Positions 38,036-50,980 of a stretch of 64,000 nucleotides of DNA are shown here, one piece after another. Position numbers and translations under genes: made by a program. The stretch is from the NCBI GenBank assembly GCA_030390025.1, contig CM059433.1, forward strand, positions 14,262,001 through 14,326,000, written 5' to 3'. Origin of the DNA: Squalus acanthias. Its lineage: Eukaryota. Numbering within the stretch: position 1 is the first letter of the stretch; each line of letters opens with the position of its first letter. Under the pieces are notes generated by a model. That model did no database searches, had not been told where the DNA came from, and was given only the letters and a program-made list of their open reading frames with translations.

Positions 38036-38677
38036 CTGTAGGAACTCTTTCTCCTGGAGTTTAGAATAAATCCTTTACTCCCAGTTATTAAACCATTTGT
38101 TTTCTCTGTTTATATTGCATTGAATTCCCAACTTCCTGGTCAGACATTAAACATACCTTGAATGTTTGCATATATTTTCAGGTCCTGTTTCAACCCAGAA
38201 CCTCATGGCTGGTTTAAATGTATGTTCAGTGCCTCTGATGAATAATGCCCCCTAATCATTCACATCTTAGATATCTGTCTATGTGTGTTACGATACAAAG
38301 AAAACATCAACCCTGCAAGCTCAATGGGAATTGACTGTAGAAACACATTTGAATAGAGCTCAGTAGGTTTATAGTTATTTGAACCAATAGAACATATTTT
38401 GCATTTTTTTTCCTACATAATGAGCATGAAAAGCCTTGTGCGCAACACAAAGATTTAACCCAAACTTAATAGGATACGTAATCAATAAAGTTGTATAGAT
38501 TTTGACTGATGTGATGTGAATGTCATAATGGGCACTGCAGTCTTTTACCAGGTAAACTGCATAGAAAAGTTTCAAAGCATGGAACAACCAAGAAATGATC
38601 ATTCAAAGTTGCATTTAACTAACTTCAGAAGATAACCTTTCTCATAACGATTCTTGAATACATTTATTCAGCAGAAT

Positions 38678-39320
38678 ATAGGAACAGGAGTAGGCCATTG
38701 AGCCCCTCGAGCCTGTTCCGCATTCAATAAGATCATGGCTGATCTGTGACCTAACTCCATATACCCGCCTTTGGCCCATATCCCTTAATACCTTTGGTTA
38801 ATAATAATCTATCAATCTTAGATTTAAAATGAACAAATGTCCTAGCATCAATTGCCGTTTGCGAAAGAAAGTTCCAAACTTCTCCCACCCTTTGCATGCA
38901 GAAGTGTTTCCCAACTTCACTCTTGAGAGAACAACAGAAAACGCTGGAAAAACTCAGCAGGCCAGGCAGCATCCGTGGAGAGAGAAACAGAGTCAACGCC
39001 TCAGGTCAGAACTGACGAAAGGTCTTCGACCTGAGGCGTTGACTCTGTTTCTCTCTCCACGGATGCTGCCTGGTCTGCTGAGTTTTTCAAGCATTTTCTG
39101 TTGTTGTTTCGGATTTCCAGCATCCGCAGTATTTTGCAATTGTTTCACTCTTGAGAGGCCTGACTCTAGTTTTTAGTCTATGCTCCCTATTCTTAGATTC
39201 TCCAACCAGCGCAAATAGTTTCTCTCTATCTACCCTATCAGTTCATCTTAAAATCTTGAAAACTTTGATCAAATCACCTTCTAAATTCCAGGCAATACAA
39301 CCCTAGTTTGTGTAATAACG
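38678..39320 (-). mobile_element. CR1 3' fragment interrupted by a Penelope hairpin
   Basis: CR1 tail at 38678-38750; degenerate RVGEVWNFL..IDRLL..KGIKGYG. Confidence 0.8.
38930..39143. mobile_element. Fold-back Penelope terminal insertion
   Basis: ~78-bp inverted arms (38930-39007 / 39028-39105); 14-bp TSD TTCACTCTTGAGAG. Confidence 0.85.
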
Positions 39321-40609
39321 TTACTGAAATACTTTTGACTGACTGCCCTTCATTGGTTCTGATCTCCTTAATCTCATTGCTCCAATAACAGTTCACTCTT
39401 CCCTATTGCTCCTATTTTACCATCCCTACCATCTATCAGCTGTCTCTCTTGCAGCGATATAACCAACCTTAAAACAATTCCTGCCAGAAGTAGCTCGGAA
39501 TTTCCATTGGAAATTTTCAGCAAGAGTTAACATCCAGTGGAATCTTCATAACACTCTCGAGCGTAAATCTGCAAAATGAGGCCCCACTCAATGTAATTAT
39601 CTCTGAAGGAGATGGATGATGTACAAACTACTCTTTGTCATCATTCACAGGTCGGAGGTTCCTTTACATGTATTCTTACCATATCTGACAGTCACTTTCA
39701 TTTGCTCGACAGTCAAGTGACATTTGCCCGACAGTGAAAAAGCGTGATGCTAATGGAAATGTTTCAAATCGTATTACTCTTCACCTGTCTTAAAAATGAA
39801 ATAATCAATAAAAATAAATGACTGAAAGATCTGGCCTCTCTCTCTTAGCAAAAGGAACCTTCTGTGGGCTTATTCAAGGGGCCAATTCAAGCCTGGAATG
39901 GTGGTAGGAGAATAGGAAAGCAGAGGAGTAGCGATGGGTTGGGATAGGGATTAGGGGAGCCAAGAGGGGAGAAATGGAAGGTGACATGACTGAGCGACAG
40001 GAAGAGGCAGAAACAGGAGAGAAGGTTCCAAGAACGGCTAAGAGGAAAAAAGGGAGATAGAAGTAATGGACTGGAGTGGCAGCCAAAATGCGCATGCGAA
40101 TGGACACCAAGGGAATTCAGGTTACAGAGGCACGGCAGAGATTAGAAGAGACATGTTTTTGTCATTAACAGAGGAGCTTTCTCCCTACTCCAGATGTCTT
40201 CTATCAGATAGATCAAAAGTGATTATACTCAGTACCTGAATGTTGCAATAAAATCAAAATTTGACTAACCAAATGTCAGCCCACAGGTGCAATCTTCACT
40301 AGATCAACAACCTGACCAAACACTAAAGCAGTCCACAGAGCAAGGCTCACAAATTCGACAGAAGTTCTTTTTTTTTAAGTGAGTCTCCCTCTGCGGGTTC
40401 ATTGTTAAAGGCATCGCTCCCTGGTCTGTCCTGATTTCCTGGGTAAAGACACTGGTTCCTGCTCTGATATTCTATACTAACCGGCAACTAAAAGGAGGCG
40501 AGGACTGCTTCATGGAACAGGTAAGTGCTTTTCCAGCACTGCTTGCGGGCCAGGAGGAGCAGGAGTACTTCCCCACCAAACCCCCAAGCAAACCTGTTTC
40601 CCACTCCAT

Positions 40610-42393
40610 GGGCTGAATTTTGCCGGCGCTCAGAGGGCGGGTTCGGAGGCGGGTCCGCTGTCAAAATGGCAGTGATTGACAGCGGGGCGGAACTCCACTC
40701 TGAACCCGCCTCTTTGTTAATTTCCTCAGTGTCGGCTCTGCCTGCGGTTTGCAGACCCGGCACTAAGAGGCGGGTCAGGCAATTGAGATACTTAAGAAGC
40801 AGCTTAAAGATATTTAAGCAGCATTTTACCGGGTCCTAACGATTTTTACGAGGTTCCTGGCGCTCAGGGATCACGTCATGTGTCGGGCTCTCAATGAGTC
40901 TCCATTGCTGTGAATAGTTGACAGCTGCAAAAGTGGTATAAAAGCTATCATTTCACCTCTGTTCAATTTCCAATCTTAGAGGCTGGAGCCTTCAGGATTT
41001 GGAATACACTTTTCAGCTTTATGGAGGTTTGAAGTGTTTGGTGCAAACTCTATCCAGTGTCAGCTCCTTGGAGCAACCTCTCTCACCATTGACATATTGC
41101 TTCTGTCATCTCAACTTCAGCTGCCATCTATTCCATCAGCATCGGTGCCCTTGACAAAATCTCACCTTGGTCCTCAGAATCCCACCACGATCAGCCCCAA
41201 CACCAGCAGCACCAGGCACACCAGCAGCACCAACAACAACACCAACCTTCTCCGCAATCAACTGATGCTGCACAGGATAGAGGGTATCAGCACCCAATCA
41301 CATTGCTGCCCGGGAGGTCAGGGATGGCCTCACCATGGCCAGATTTACTTCACTTGACGCTGTACACCCTGGCTGCCACATGATGCGCCAGGTTGGCACC
41401 AGCCCACACCAACACCATAAAACATCCCTACAATGGCCAAGCCATTCCTTTCACACTCGTCACCATTGAGGGGGGGGAGGGGGCAGGGCAGGGGGGGGTA
41501 CCGTTATGTCTCACCATTCATTGCAACTCACTAAGCCACTTCCAAAGGTGCACACAGATCTGACCAAGAACGCAAAGAGTTGAAAATAAAGATTTCAATG
41601 TTTGACACCACATTAACAGAAAATTTACATGAACATTGGCGATAACACTCAAGTGCCTACCCTTGTGTGTTGTTAGTTGGTATGATTGCACTAGGATGAG
41701 TGTGAGTGTGAGGGGTGGCTAGTGAGATGGGGAAGTGATAATGTAGATAGAGAGGGAAGGGTGGAGGTGCAAGGTAAGTTGGTGTGAGTAAGGATGTGCA
41801 GGAGTAGGGTAGGGAAGGCAGAGTGATGGGGATGTGATGAGTGGCACAGCAGGATGGGGCTGAGTGTGGCTTTGCAGTAACGTTTTGTGATCTACTGAGA
41901 TCATTGAAAGGTTTGCGCCACTGCACCCAGGTCCTCCTGACCACATCCCTGCTTGTGTCCTCTTGTGCAATGTGCAACCAGGCTGTGCTGGTCTCCTGGG
42001 GAGGTTTCTTCCGCCCATTGGATTGAAAGAGAACCTCCCTGCGTGCTGTGTCTCCCTCCATAAGCATATGGAGGGAGTAATGGGAGAGGCTGGGTGCAGC
42101 CGTGCACCTTTGTGCAGTGCTGGTCAGCACCTCAATACTGTAAAACACTGACAGCACAACTGTTCAAATGATTTGGGACATGGTCCCTTTAAGGAAACCG
42201 GTTGATGACGCATCATCAAATGATGTCATCAGACCCGCTCCCTATTGATTGGCTGGGAACCTCACAGGGCGGGCTTAACGAGTCCCATCAATGGAAAATC
42301 TTGTTGGAGGCCGGGATCGAGACAGATGCGGGGTCCCCACATGCCATAGACATCACCCGCCCCAGACCCGCCGAGGTTGGAAACATCCAGCCC
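40610..42393 (-). mobile_element. Non-autonomous Harbinger derivative with Myb/SANT-like exon, nested in an older MITE
   Basis: TIR GGGCTGAATTTT / AACATCCAGCCC; flanks CAT/CAC; AAPSLS..AWLHIAQE..RRTWVQWRKPFNDL at ~41882-42125. Confidence 0.85.
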
Positions 42394-42971
42394 CACATGA
42401 TTGAACACCCCCCCAACCCCGCAATCACCGACACCCCCTCCCCCCCCCCCGCCCCCGAGCGGACCTCCCCACTGGAATCACCAATCCCCCCCCACGCGAT
42501 CACTGACCCCCTGACCCCCAACTCTGTCCCTGATCTCTCTCCAACCCATTGTGATCGCCCCCCCAACCCTCCAAACCAAGCTGTACCCACCCCACCTCTC
42601 GATATCCAGCCAGAGCAGCAGGCCAGGGAAACCCGGCCAGCCAGCATTAAAGCTGGAATAGAGATAAAATCTGACGCGTGCAGCCTCATTAAAATATTTA
42701 AAAGAGCGACCCGCCCCCCCCCCCCCCCCCCCCACCGAGCAAGGAAATTTATCTTACTCGCTGTTCTAAATCTCTTACATTTAATCTTCTATCTAAGGCG
42801 CCTTGTTCTCGACCCTTCAACTACTGTAAACAGCCTGTTTCTATCTACCCTGTCCCAATTTTTCATCATTTCAAACAATCAAGCACACGTCAGGAGAGCC
42901 TAGTTTCTCAATAATCATCATAATCACAATTAACTAGCAATTTATCTCCTAGAACTGGAAAGGTCTCTTCC

Positions 42972-43218
42972 TTCAGGGGAGTTATCCCCGGTGTCCCTGG
43001 CCAATATTTATCCCTCAACCAACATAACAAAAAACGATTATCTGGTCATTATCACATTGCTGTTTGTGGGAGCTTGCTGTGCGCAAATTGGCTGCTGCGT
43101 TTCCCACATTACAACAGTGACTCCACTTCAAAAAGTACTTCATTGGCTGTAAAGCACTTTGGGACGTCCGGTGGTCGTGAAAGGCGCTATATAAATGCAA
43201 ATCTTTCTTTCTTTCTTT
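42972..43218 (+). mobile_element. Deu-domain SINE 3' half
   Basis: Matches 26065-26300. Confidence 0.88.
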
Positions 43219-43626
43219 CTTCAGGAGTTTGTCAAATTCCCTTTAATGGACCTCAGAGGCTCCATCTCATCACGTCTTGGCAGTTTTCTCCAGTGGGTAA
43301 TGTGAAAAGAAATACTTTCCGGCATCTAACCTACCTCTTTACTTATGGATTTTATATGCATGACCTCTTTTCCTAGCATCCCCATTCATCTCAAATAACC
43401 TATCCAACCTGATTGAGTCCAATCCCTTGATCATTTTACAAACCTCACATTGCTCTTCTCCCCACGCCTTCTACACTTCAAAAAAATACTCATTGTTTGT
43501 AAAGTGCTTTGGGAGGTCCTGAGGCCGTGAAAAAGCATTGTATAAATCCAAGTCTTCCTTTTTTATTCCCTTTCTTTCATTTAATTGTTACGTATTGCGC
43601 CCATTTTACACCTGAAAAATTTCTAC

Positions 43627-43854
43627 CTGGTTATCTTTGGGGAGCTGCGGCAGCTTGAATTGCTGCTTTAACTTATTTAAAAGATGAGAGTGGTGCCGTT
43701 TCTTGATTTGACTAATAACATGGTTCGTTAAATGCAAAAGAACTTGTTTATGCATTTGAATAGCTTTGGACCACAGGCATGCAAAAGGCTCGTATTTATC
43801 AGGATCGGTACGTTGTAGCTGTGACAGAGATTTCTCCATTATCAATTGCTGATA
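43627..43854 (-). CDS. Candidate coding exon (76 codons) of an unidentified gene
   Basis: Branch-like CCTAAC + cctctcataag|TAT...CAG|gtagaa; phase 0-0; YQQLIMEKSLSQLQRTDPDKYEPFACLWSKAIQMHKQVLLHL...PKDNQ; unique sequence. Confidence 0.55.
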
Positions 43855-44225
43855 CTTATGAGAGGTAGTTAGGTTTGTTGAAGAATTTCTACATTAAAGA
43901 AGTTAATCTCACTGCTTCTGTGCAGCAATATCTGTAACATCCAAGAAAGCTTTTTAGTGTAGTGGAAGGCTACGTTCAATCAAGTAAGCAGGTTACTGCG
44001 CGTGAGGTAATTGTTACTGCTTCATGTTCCTAAGCATGGAATAATGAAGAGATACAGTTTACAATTACAGAGGTCAAGGTCTACTTACAGTAAGAGACTG
44101 AGTGAGGAGACACTTCTTAAAACCTGAAATTCCAACAGCTAAGATAGAGTTAAGGCTTCCTTGTACTGTCTTTACTCGAACAATTGTGAACAATACCTTA
44201 TTCTAATGGGACTGATTATTCCACA

Positions 44226-45797
44226 GGTCCAGACTTGAGCATATCTGGTGTACAAATGGTTTAGCTAGGTTTGGCTGGACCGCATCAAGCACTATTGAGA
44301 CTTTCTCTCTTCTGCCAAAAACACTCACTACTCCAGGTTCATCCGGGAAAGCAAAGATAACTCCCGACTTCATTTCCCGACTACCAACTGTTTCCTTCAA
44401 CCCTCTCCCCTGCCCATCCTCATCTCCAACAACAAGTGCAAAGAGCTCATGGACGTCTTTGTCACTAAGATTGAGACCATCCATTTATCAGCCTCTGCCA
44501 CATTTCCTCTTCCCTTGCCCACCAAGCTAAACCTCCCCCCAGGTATTGTCATCTTAGCCATGAACCTGCAACTTTCTCTCATGTCTTTTGCAAGTTCATC
44601 TTCTCCATGAGATCCATCTACTGCTCCTTTAACCGCATTCACACTAAACTGACGACCACCCGACTTCCCTTCCTGACCCCCGTGACAGCTGACATTGCAA
44701 CTGGTTCCCTCTCCTCAGGTACTGCGCCCCCCCCCATTTCAAAACTGCCACCATCACCTCTTCCTCAAAAAATCCATCATCGACCCCTCTGTCCATGCAA
44801 GTTACTGTACCATCTCCAACCTCCGTTTTCTCTCCAAAATCCTTGAATGGGTTGTTGCCTCTCAAATCTGTGGACATATTTCATGTTTTAATCTCTCCAA
44901 TCAGGTTTCTTCTCAATCCATACCGCCGAAACGGTTCTAATCAAAGTCAAAGGCATCCTCTGTGACTGTGGCCATGAAGAACTATCCTTCCTTGTCATTC
45001 TCCTCCAGTTAAACATTGGGAAAACCAAAACCATTGTCTTCAGCCCCCACCACAAACTCTGTACACTTGCCATTGATTCCATCCCCCTTCCTGTCATTGT
45101 CTCAGGTTGAACCAGACTGTTTGCAATTTCAAAGTCCTGTTTAACCCTGAGTTGCACTTCCAACTCAATGTCCTCTCCAGCACAAGGATCTGCTACTGCC
45201 ACCTTAGTAGCATCAGCCATCTCCATCCCTGCCTCACTCCATCCGCTGCTGATCCAATCCTTTCTTACTAATCCAATGCTCTCTTAGCTGTGCTTCTATC
45301 CTCTACCTTCCATAAACTTCAGATTATCTGAAACTCTGCTGCCTGTATTCTAACCTGCACCAAGTCCTGCTCGCTTTCCACCCTTGTGCTCACCGACCTA
45401 CATTGGTTTCCAGTACCCCAGTGCCTCAAATTTCAAATTCTCATTTTGAGTTTAAGTCCCCTCCGTATCTCTGTAAACTCCTCCAGCTCCACAACCCTCC
45501 AAAAAGTCTATTTTCCTCAAATTCTGGCCTCTTCTGCACCCCAACTCCTTTGCTCACCATAGGCGACTATGCCTTCAGCCATCTAGGCCCCACACAGTGG
45601 AATTCCCTCCCTAAACCTCTACACCGCTCCACCTCCTTCTCCTCCTTTAAGACCCTGCTTAAAACCCGCCTCTTTGACCAAGCTTTTAGTCACCCCTCCA
45701 AACATCTCCTTCTTTGACTTGGCATTGATTTTTGTCTGATAGCCTTTCTGTGAAGCGCCTTGGGACATTTCTCTATATTAAAGGTGCTATATAAATA
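44226..45797 (+). mobile_element. L2 LINE fragment with internal deletions
   Basis: LLKKSIIDPSVHASYCTISNLRFLSKILEWVV-type motif; AFSHLGPTQWNSLP..FKTLLKTRLF; L2-type tail. Confidence 0.85.
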
Positions 45798-46027
45798 CAG
45801 TACATGACTGGAATAAAGCACTTTTGAAACAAACCCTCTTTACTTTACATTTCAGGCACCTCCAATCCTCAGTCCTATGAGTCCAAGAACCTGTTTCACA
45901 TGCAGCATGTGAACATGCACTGTGCTAACCATTTAGCTGGATAAATAAGAAATGAATGATGATATCCAGGCTGTTGTGGGATTTTACACATGTAACTATA
46001 TAACTCTTTGTTTGAAAGTACAACTGT

Positions 46028-46812
46028 GGCCCGGATTTTGCTGTACTAATAGTGGCGAGGCTATAAGCACTCGCTGTTATTATAGGGTAAAGCTGACCGC
46101 AACTTCTGGGGTTTGCGCATGCACAGTTAAACGCGGAAATCCGGAAGTTGCTGTCAGTGATACCCTGCTCTTCACAGGCTGCGCTGTTGCAGCCTTTGCT
46201 GATGGAACCTGCACCGAGATCACTGTGATGGTGTGAACCAAGGCTAATTACTCACTATTCTTGCACTAAAGACAAATAAAAAGGTTAGGGCTTGTGCACT
46301 CAGGAGTAAATTCGTTTATAAAGGCATAATAAGTTACAATTACTGCTGAACAACCTCTCTGGTCCTGAAAAATTAATTTTACAAGTATGGAGTCTCATTC
46401 CACAGAAGAAAATTAATGTTGCAGATTTAAAAAAAATTAAAAATACAAATTATTTTTTTGATGTTTCTGTTTATCTCTTTTCTGTCTCTCCCTTAATCCC
46501 ATATGTATGCCCCAATCTTTGTTTTGCTTCCTGTACAATGATTTAAGTGTAATTTTTGTTTCCTGTTTTTTACTTCCTGCTTTGCAGTCTGTGTGGCTCA
46601 GTGAGGATTCTTCAATCTGATTGGTTGAAGAGCCTCCCTGTTGCTTGACCAGCTCACAGATGCCACAGATCCCCTGTAGAGGGCGCCATACTGGATTAGA
46701 TGCCTGAAAACTCGAAATTTCCGCTGACAAGCCTGCGAAAAGTCTCTGGGCAACTGTACACGAGGTGAACGGCGAAAGCTGTTCCTTCGACGCTCACAGC
46801 AAAATCCGGGCA
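46028..46812. mobile_element. Harbinger-type MITE
   Basis: TIR GCCCGGATTTTGCTG / CAGCAAAATCCGGGC. Confidence 0.8.
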
Positions 46813-46926
46813 ATTGTGGTTTTTTTCATCAATTACAAAACTGTTTTCTGTGTAAAATGTTGCAGTCACAGCAGTATTTACTTGAGTTTATGGTGCTATA
46901 TGTTTATAGAGCAAACCAGCACCCAA

Positions 46927-47765
46927 GGCCGTGATTTTATTGGCACTGAGAGGGCGGGTTTGGAGGCGGGTCAAGGGTCAAAATCGTTTTGATTGACGGC
47001 GGGTTTCGATCCCGCTGTCAACCCGCCTTCAAACAATTTTCCCAAGTGTCGGGTCCCCGATTTGCGCGAGGACCCGACAGAGGATTAAAGCCACTTACCT
47101 GCCTGTTAACAGGTACTTGATAGTAGTTAACAGGCTCTTTTTCAATTTTGCCGCTTCTGCCTTGGAGTTCCTGACGTCCGGACACCACGCCAGGTAAATG
47201 TGGCGTGTTGTGAGTCTGCTGTAGTGTTTCTGCATTGATGACAGCTGCAGAAGTGGGGTGAAGGATCCAATGGTGCACTGGTGAGTTTCAGAGGTAAGGA
47301 AATGTTGGGAAAATCATTTTTAATGCTTTTACACTTTCCTGTAGGTAAAAAGTTTTTAAATTGATGCCTAGTCCCACCTCATTGGGAGAACCTCTCTCAC
47401 TAGTGACAGATCGCTTCTGTAACCTCACCTGCAGCTGCCATCTGTTCCAGCCTATGGAGGGAGTCACTGGAGAGCCTGGGTGCAAGCGCTCACCTTTGTA
47501 CAGTGGTTATCAGTGTTTGCAGCACCTCAATGCTGTCAAACACTGAGAAATGAGTAGTCAAAGAAAAATTGTGCTTGGTCCCTTTAAGAAAATGACGTCA
47601 TCTGACCGGCTTCCTTTTAATTGGCCAACAAGCCTGCAAGGCGAGCTTAATAAGGTCAATCAATGTAAAATCACAGTCCGTGGGCCGGATGCAGTGGGGT
47701 CAGGACTGGAAGCCGGAAACCACCTGACCCGCTCCCAATCCGCATCTATTTACAAAATTGCGGCC
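46927..47765. mobile_element. Harbinger-derived MITE with a residual piece of the Myb exon
   Basis: TIR GGCCGTGATTTT / AAAATTGCGGCC; 47450-47620 similar to 42065-42240. Confidence 0.75.
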
Positions 47766-48197
47766 TTAGTATTCTGTAGGCTGGTAACTAATGCCAGTAT
47801 GTTACTAATTACTGTATAATGTTGTTTATATGCTGTTATCCCTGTTTTGTTGGATGGTCCAGGCTAATTTTACACTCAGAGCAAGAAAATATTTCATACA
47901 AAATCCACCGTGAGCATAATTCTCCTTACAATTTCATGACCAGTATTTGGGCATTTCACACTGTGGCAATGTTAGCAGCATCTAGAAAACAATAATTTCT
48001 CCATGCATTACGGATAAATCAATGATCATTTTTTGTTTAAGTTCGTAAGTTGTCCATGCCTAAAATCTTATCCGTGGAAAATGAATCAAAGTTTCGGTTG
48101 GGGCGTTTGAAATTGGCTCGAGTGCGATCATTGCACATTGCTCACGGTGTGAGAAGGAAAAAAATTGTCCCCACAAGGCATCCGTGGGAATAATAAC

Positions 48198-48308
48198 CTT
48201 AATTTGTCCATTTTTGTGTCCAAGTGATTGCCAGTGATTGGATATTACAAAACTGACTGCAAATATTTTCCATCGATCTACGTTGATCAATTTTCTGTCA
48301 GCGATTTG
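48198..48308 (-). CDS. Candidate coding exon (37 codons) of an unidentified gene
   Basis: tttgtcttttag|CAA...AAG|gttatt; only frame 0 is open: QIADRKLINVDRWKIFAVSFVISNHWQSLGHKNGQIK. Confidence 0.45.
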
Positions 48309-49433
48309 CTAAAAGACAAATGAATTTATGAATTTTGTAAGCTCTAGAAATGTGCATTTAAACATATAACATAGGGGATTAAAGAGGGAAAAGTGTAAAT
48401 CGAAACTATAGGACCCAACGATTTTCTAATGGTAAAATGGAGAATAATGACTACACGAGAGCAAAGACAAGGTTCTCATCTAATTGAGTCAGCTGACATC
48501 ACAAAGCACCAAAAGGAAGCTTGAGCATTTTATAATTGCCTGTCTAACGTCGACATTTTTTAGTGCCTATGAATCAATCCATTTCGAATAATTTAACAGC
48601 AATTTAAGCTTTCTTTGGACTGAGTCGGGCGATTGCTGGTACACCTGACAGCCACGGTACCCCGTCTCACTGATTGATGACCACATTTTACTGAAGGATT
48701 AATAATTGTAATGTCAATACTGCAAGTTTCTTTACACTATATTCACCAGCAAATTCTATGGCCAGTTCATATATTAATAAATAGCCAATCCCCCATGGCA
48801 ATGTTCACAGTCGGTTGGAGCATAGGCGCAGGTGGTTTTCTGACAACAGGAATGTTATACCGTGTGAGACGGAATGTATACTAGCTGATTTCCCGTGGCA
48901 TTGCTCATGGCTAGTCTGGGGTCTGGTTGTGATTGGAGAGTTAGCGGACAGAGAGACAGGCCAGGTTAAAGGTCACTGCTCAAGGGCTCCTTGTGGGTAT
49001 CCAAGTAATGGTAGCCGCTTGTCGAATCCAAGGGTGAAATGGAGGTCAGTAAATTGCTTGTAAATTTCAGACTCCCTTTCTTTTGTAACGTTCGCTGATT
49101 TCCCTCTTTGCAACGGAGAAGCAGCAGAACAGAACTTTTCCAGCAACTCCAAATGATTTTCCCAGTTCGGGGTTCATCAGGCATGCTGGGCAGGTTCCCG
49201 ACAGGACGCCTGCCACCAGGAGGGAGCCCACTCTTACAGCAGCTGTGAATTGGGCAATACTGCAGTGGGAAGGCTGCTGCAACACCTGGAAACCTCGGTC
49301 GCAGCACTTAAAGAGGATGAAAGAGCCCTGAAGATTCAAACTGCCGAGACTGAGGCCTACAACAGTTAACGAAAGGGTTCCCTCCAACCTCACAGTTTGG
49401 AGCATTCCCACTGCTACCCTGTATTCCCTTTCT

Positions 49434-49826
49434 TGGCCTGTATTCACTAGAGTTTAGAAGAATGAGAGGGGATCTCATTGAAACGTATAAAATTCTGACA
49501 GGGCTAGACAGACTGGATGCAGGGAGGATGTTTCCCCTGGCTGGGGAGGACATTTAGGACTGAGATGAGGAGAAATTTTTTCACTCAGAGGGTGGTGAAC
49601 CTGTGGAATTCTCTGCCACGGAAGGCTGTGGAGGCCAAGTCACTGAATATATTTAAGAAGGAGATAGATAGATTTCTAGACACAAAAGGCATCAAGGGGT
49701 ATGGGGAGAGAGTGGGAATATGGTATTGAGATAGAGGATCAGCCATGATCATATTGAATGGTGGAGCAGGCTCGAAGGGCCGAATGGCCTACTCCTGCTC
49801 CTATTTTTCTATGTTTCTATGTTTCT
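49434..49826 (+). mobile_element. CR1 3' fragment
   Basis: RRNFFTQRVVNLWNSLP; tail (TTCTATGT)n. Confidence 0.92.
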
Positions 49827-50176
49827 ACCCCAGGGACTACCACTACTCCTGGCAATCCTGGGGGGTAGTGGGAACAGGATAAATGGTAGGAAAATCCACC
49901 AGTAACCCAGGCCTCACCTCCCTGTTGTCACTTACGTGTGGTGGGCAAGGAAGAAGCATCCACATGTGGAAAATCAAGGTTGATGTGGGAAGAGTGATAG
50001 GCTTCACTCCCCAATTATGGCCTTTTGACCACCACTATCCTGCCTCATTCCGAGGGGAATCACTGAGGAGTGGCGGGGAGGGGGGGATCTAGCCGAACAT
50101 TTTACACCCATATAAGTACCAGCAGATTTCTTGAGGAGCATTCACAGTAACTCAGAAGATGTGCTATTTTTATAAT

Positions 50177-50941
50177 GGCCCAGAAATTCGCCTCTCCGGC
50201 TTGCCGCGGGGGTAAGGATCGCACGTGCACTTACCCACCGCGTTTGCCGTTCTGCTTCTGGCCCACTGGGACTTCAGCTCCTGGGCCTGCTCCAACTGCC
50301 GGCGCGCAGTGCTTGCGTGTCCCAGGGGCGCAGTTAGTGCGATGCGTCCCCTGGGATCACGTGGGCCATGGAGCGCCAATGGCAGCAGACCATCTTTCAT
50401 TCATAGATTTGACAGGAAGACCTGTCAAATCTATGAATTGAAATCGGCCCCAAAACAACAGCTAAACTTCAAATAATTTTTTTAAAAAACCATCACATTT
50501 ATAAAATAACTGTAAGTTAAATAAATTAACTACTTTAAACAAAAATTTAAATTTTTGAAAAAATTAAAATACTTTTTAACAGTGCTAAAAATAAACTTAC
50601 CTTTCTTTAAAGTATCTAAAAAAGATAAACCTGTTGAAATTCTTTTTAATTGTAATTAATTAACCACTTACCTTGTTGAAAACGGGTCCTGCGCCTCCTT
50701 TTTAAAAGCGCAGGTTCTTCAATACTTACCCTCCCGGAGAAACCTGAAAAATAACCTAAGTTCGCTGCGTGTGCGCAGCCTCTACCGCGCACGCGGTTCA
50801 CCTAGGAACCGCTCCCTTCACGAGACCGGAAGTTCCGGTTTCCCGCGCATGCGCAGTGCATGCAGGAAACCGGCACTTCAGGAGGCCTTACGGGTGAGTA
50901 CACAGTGCGTACTCACCCGGCAAGTGCTGAATTTTTGGCCC
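50177..50941. mobile_element. Harbinger-type MITE with AT-rich centre
   Basis: TIR GGCCCAGAAATTC / GAATTTTTGGCCC; TSD AAT. Confidence 0.85.
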
Positions 50942-50980
50942 AATGTATTATTCTACTGCTGAAATGGAACTAAATATAGA

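Noticed and set aside
40287..40378. Plus-strand exon-like segment with GACTAAC and gtgagt (also 38182-38219)
   Set aside because: No coherent plus-strand exon chain could be built
42202..42903. 233-aa Pro-rich ORF
   Set aside because: Spans C-rich MITE sequence; low-complexity artefact
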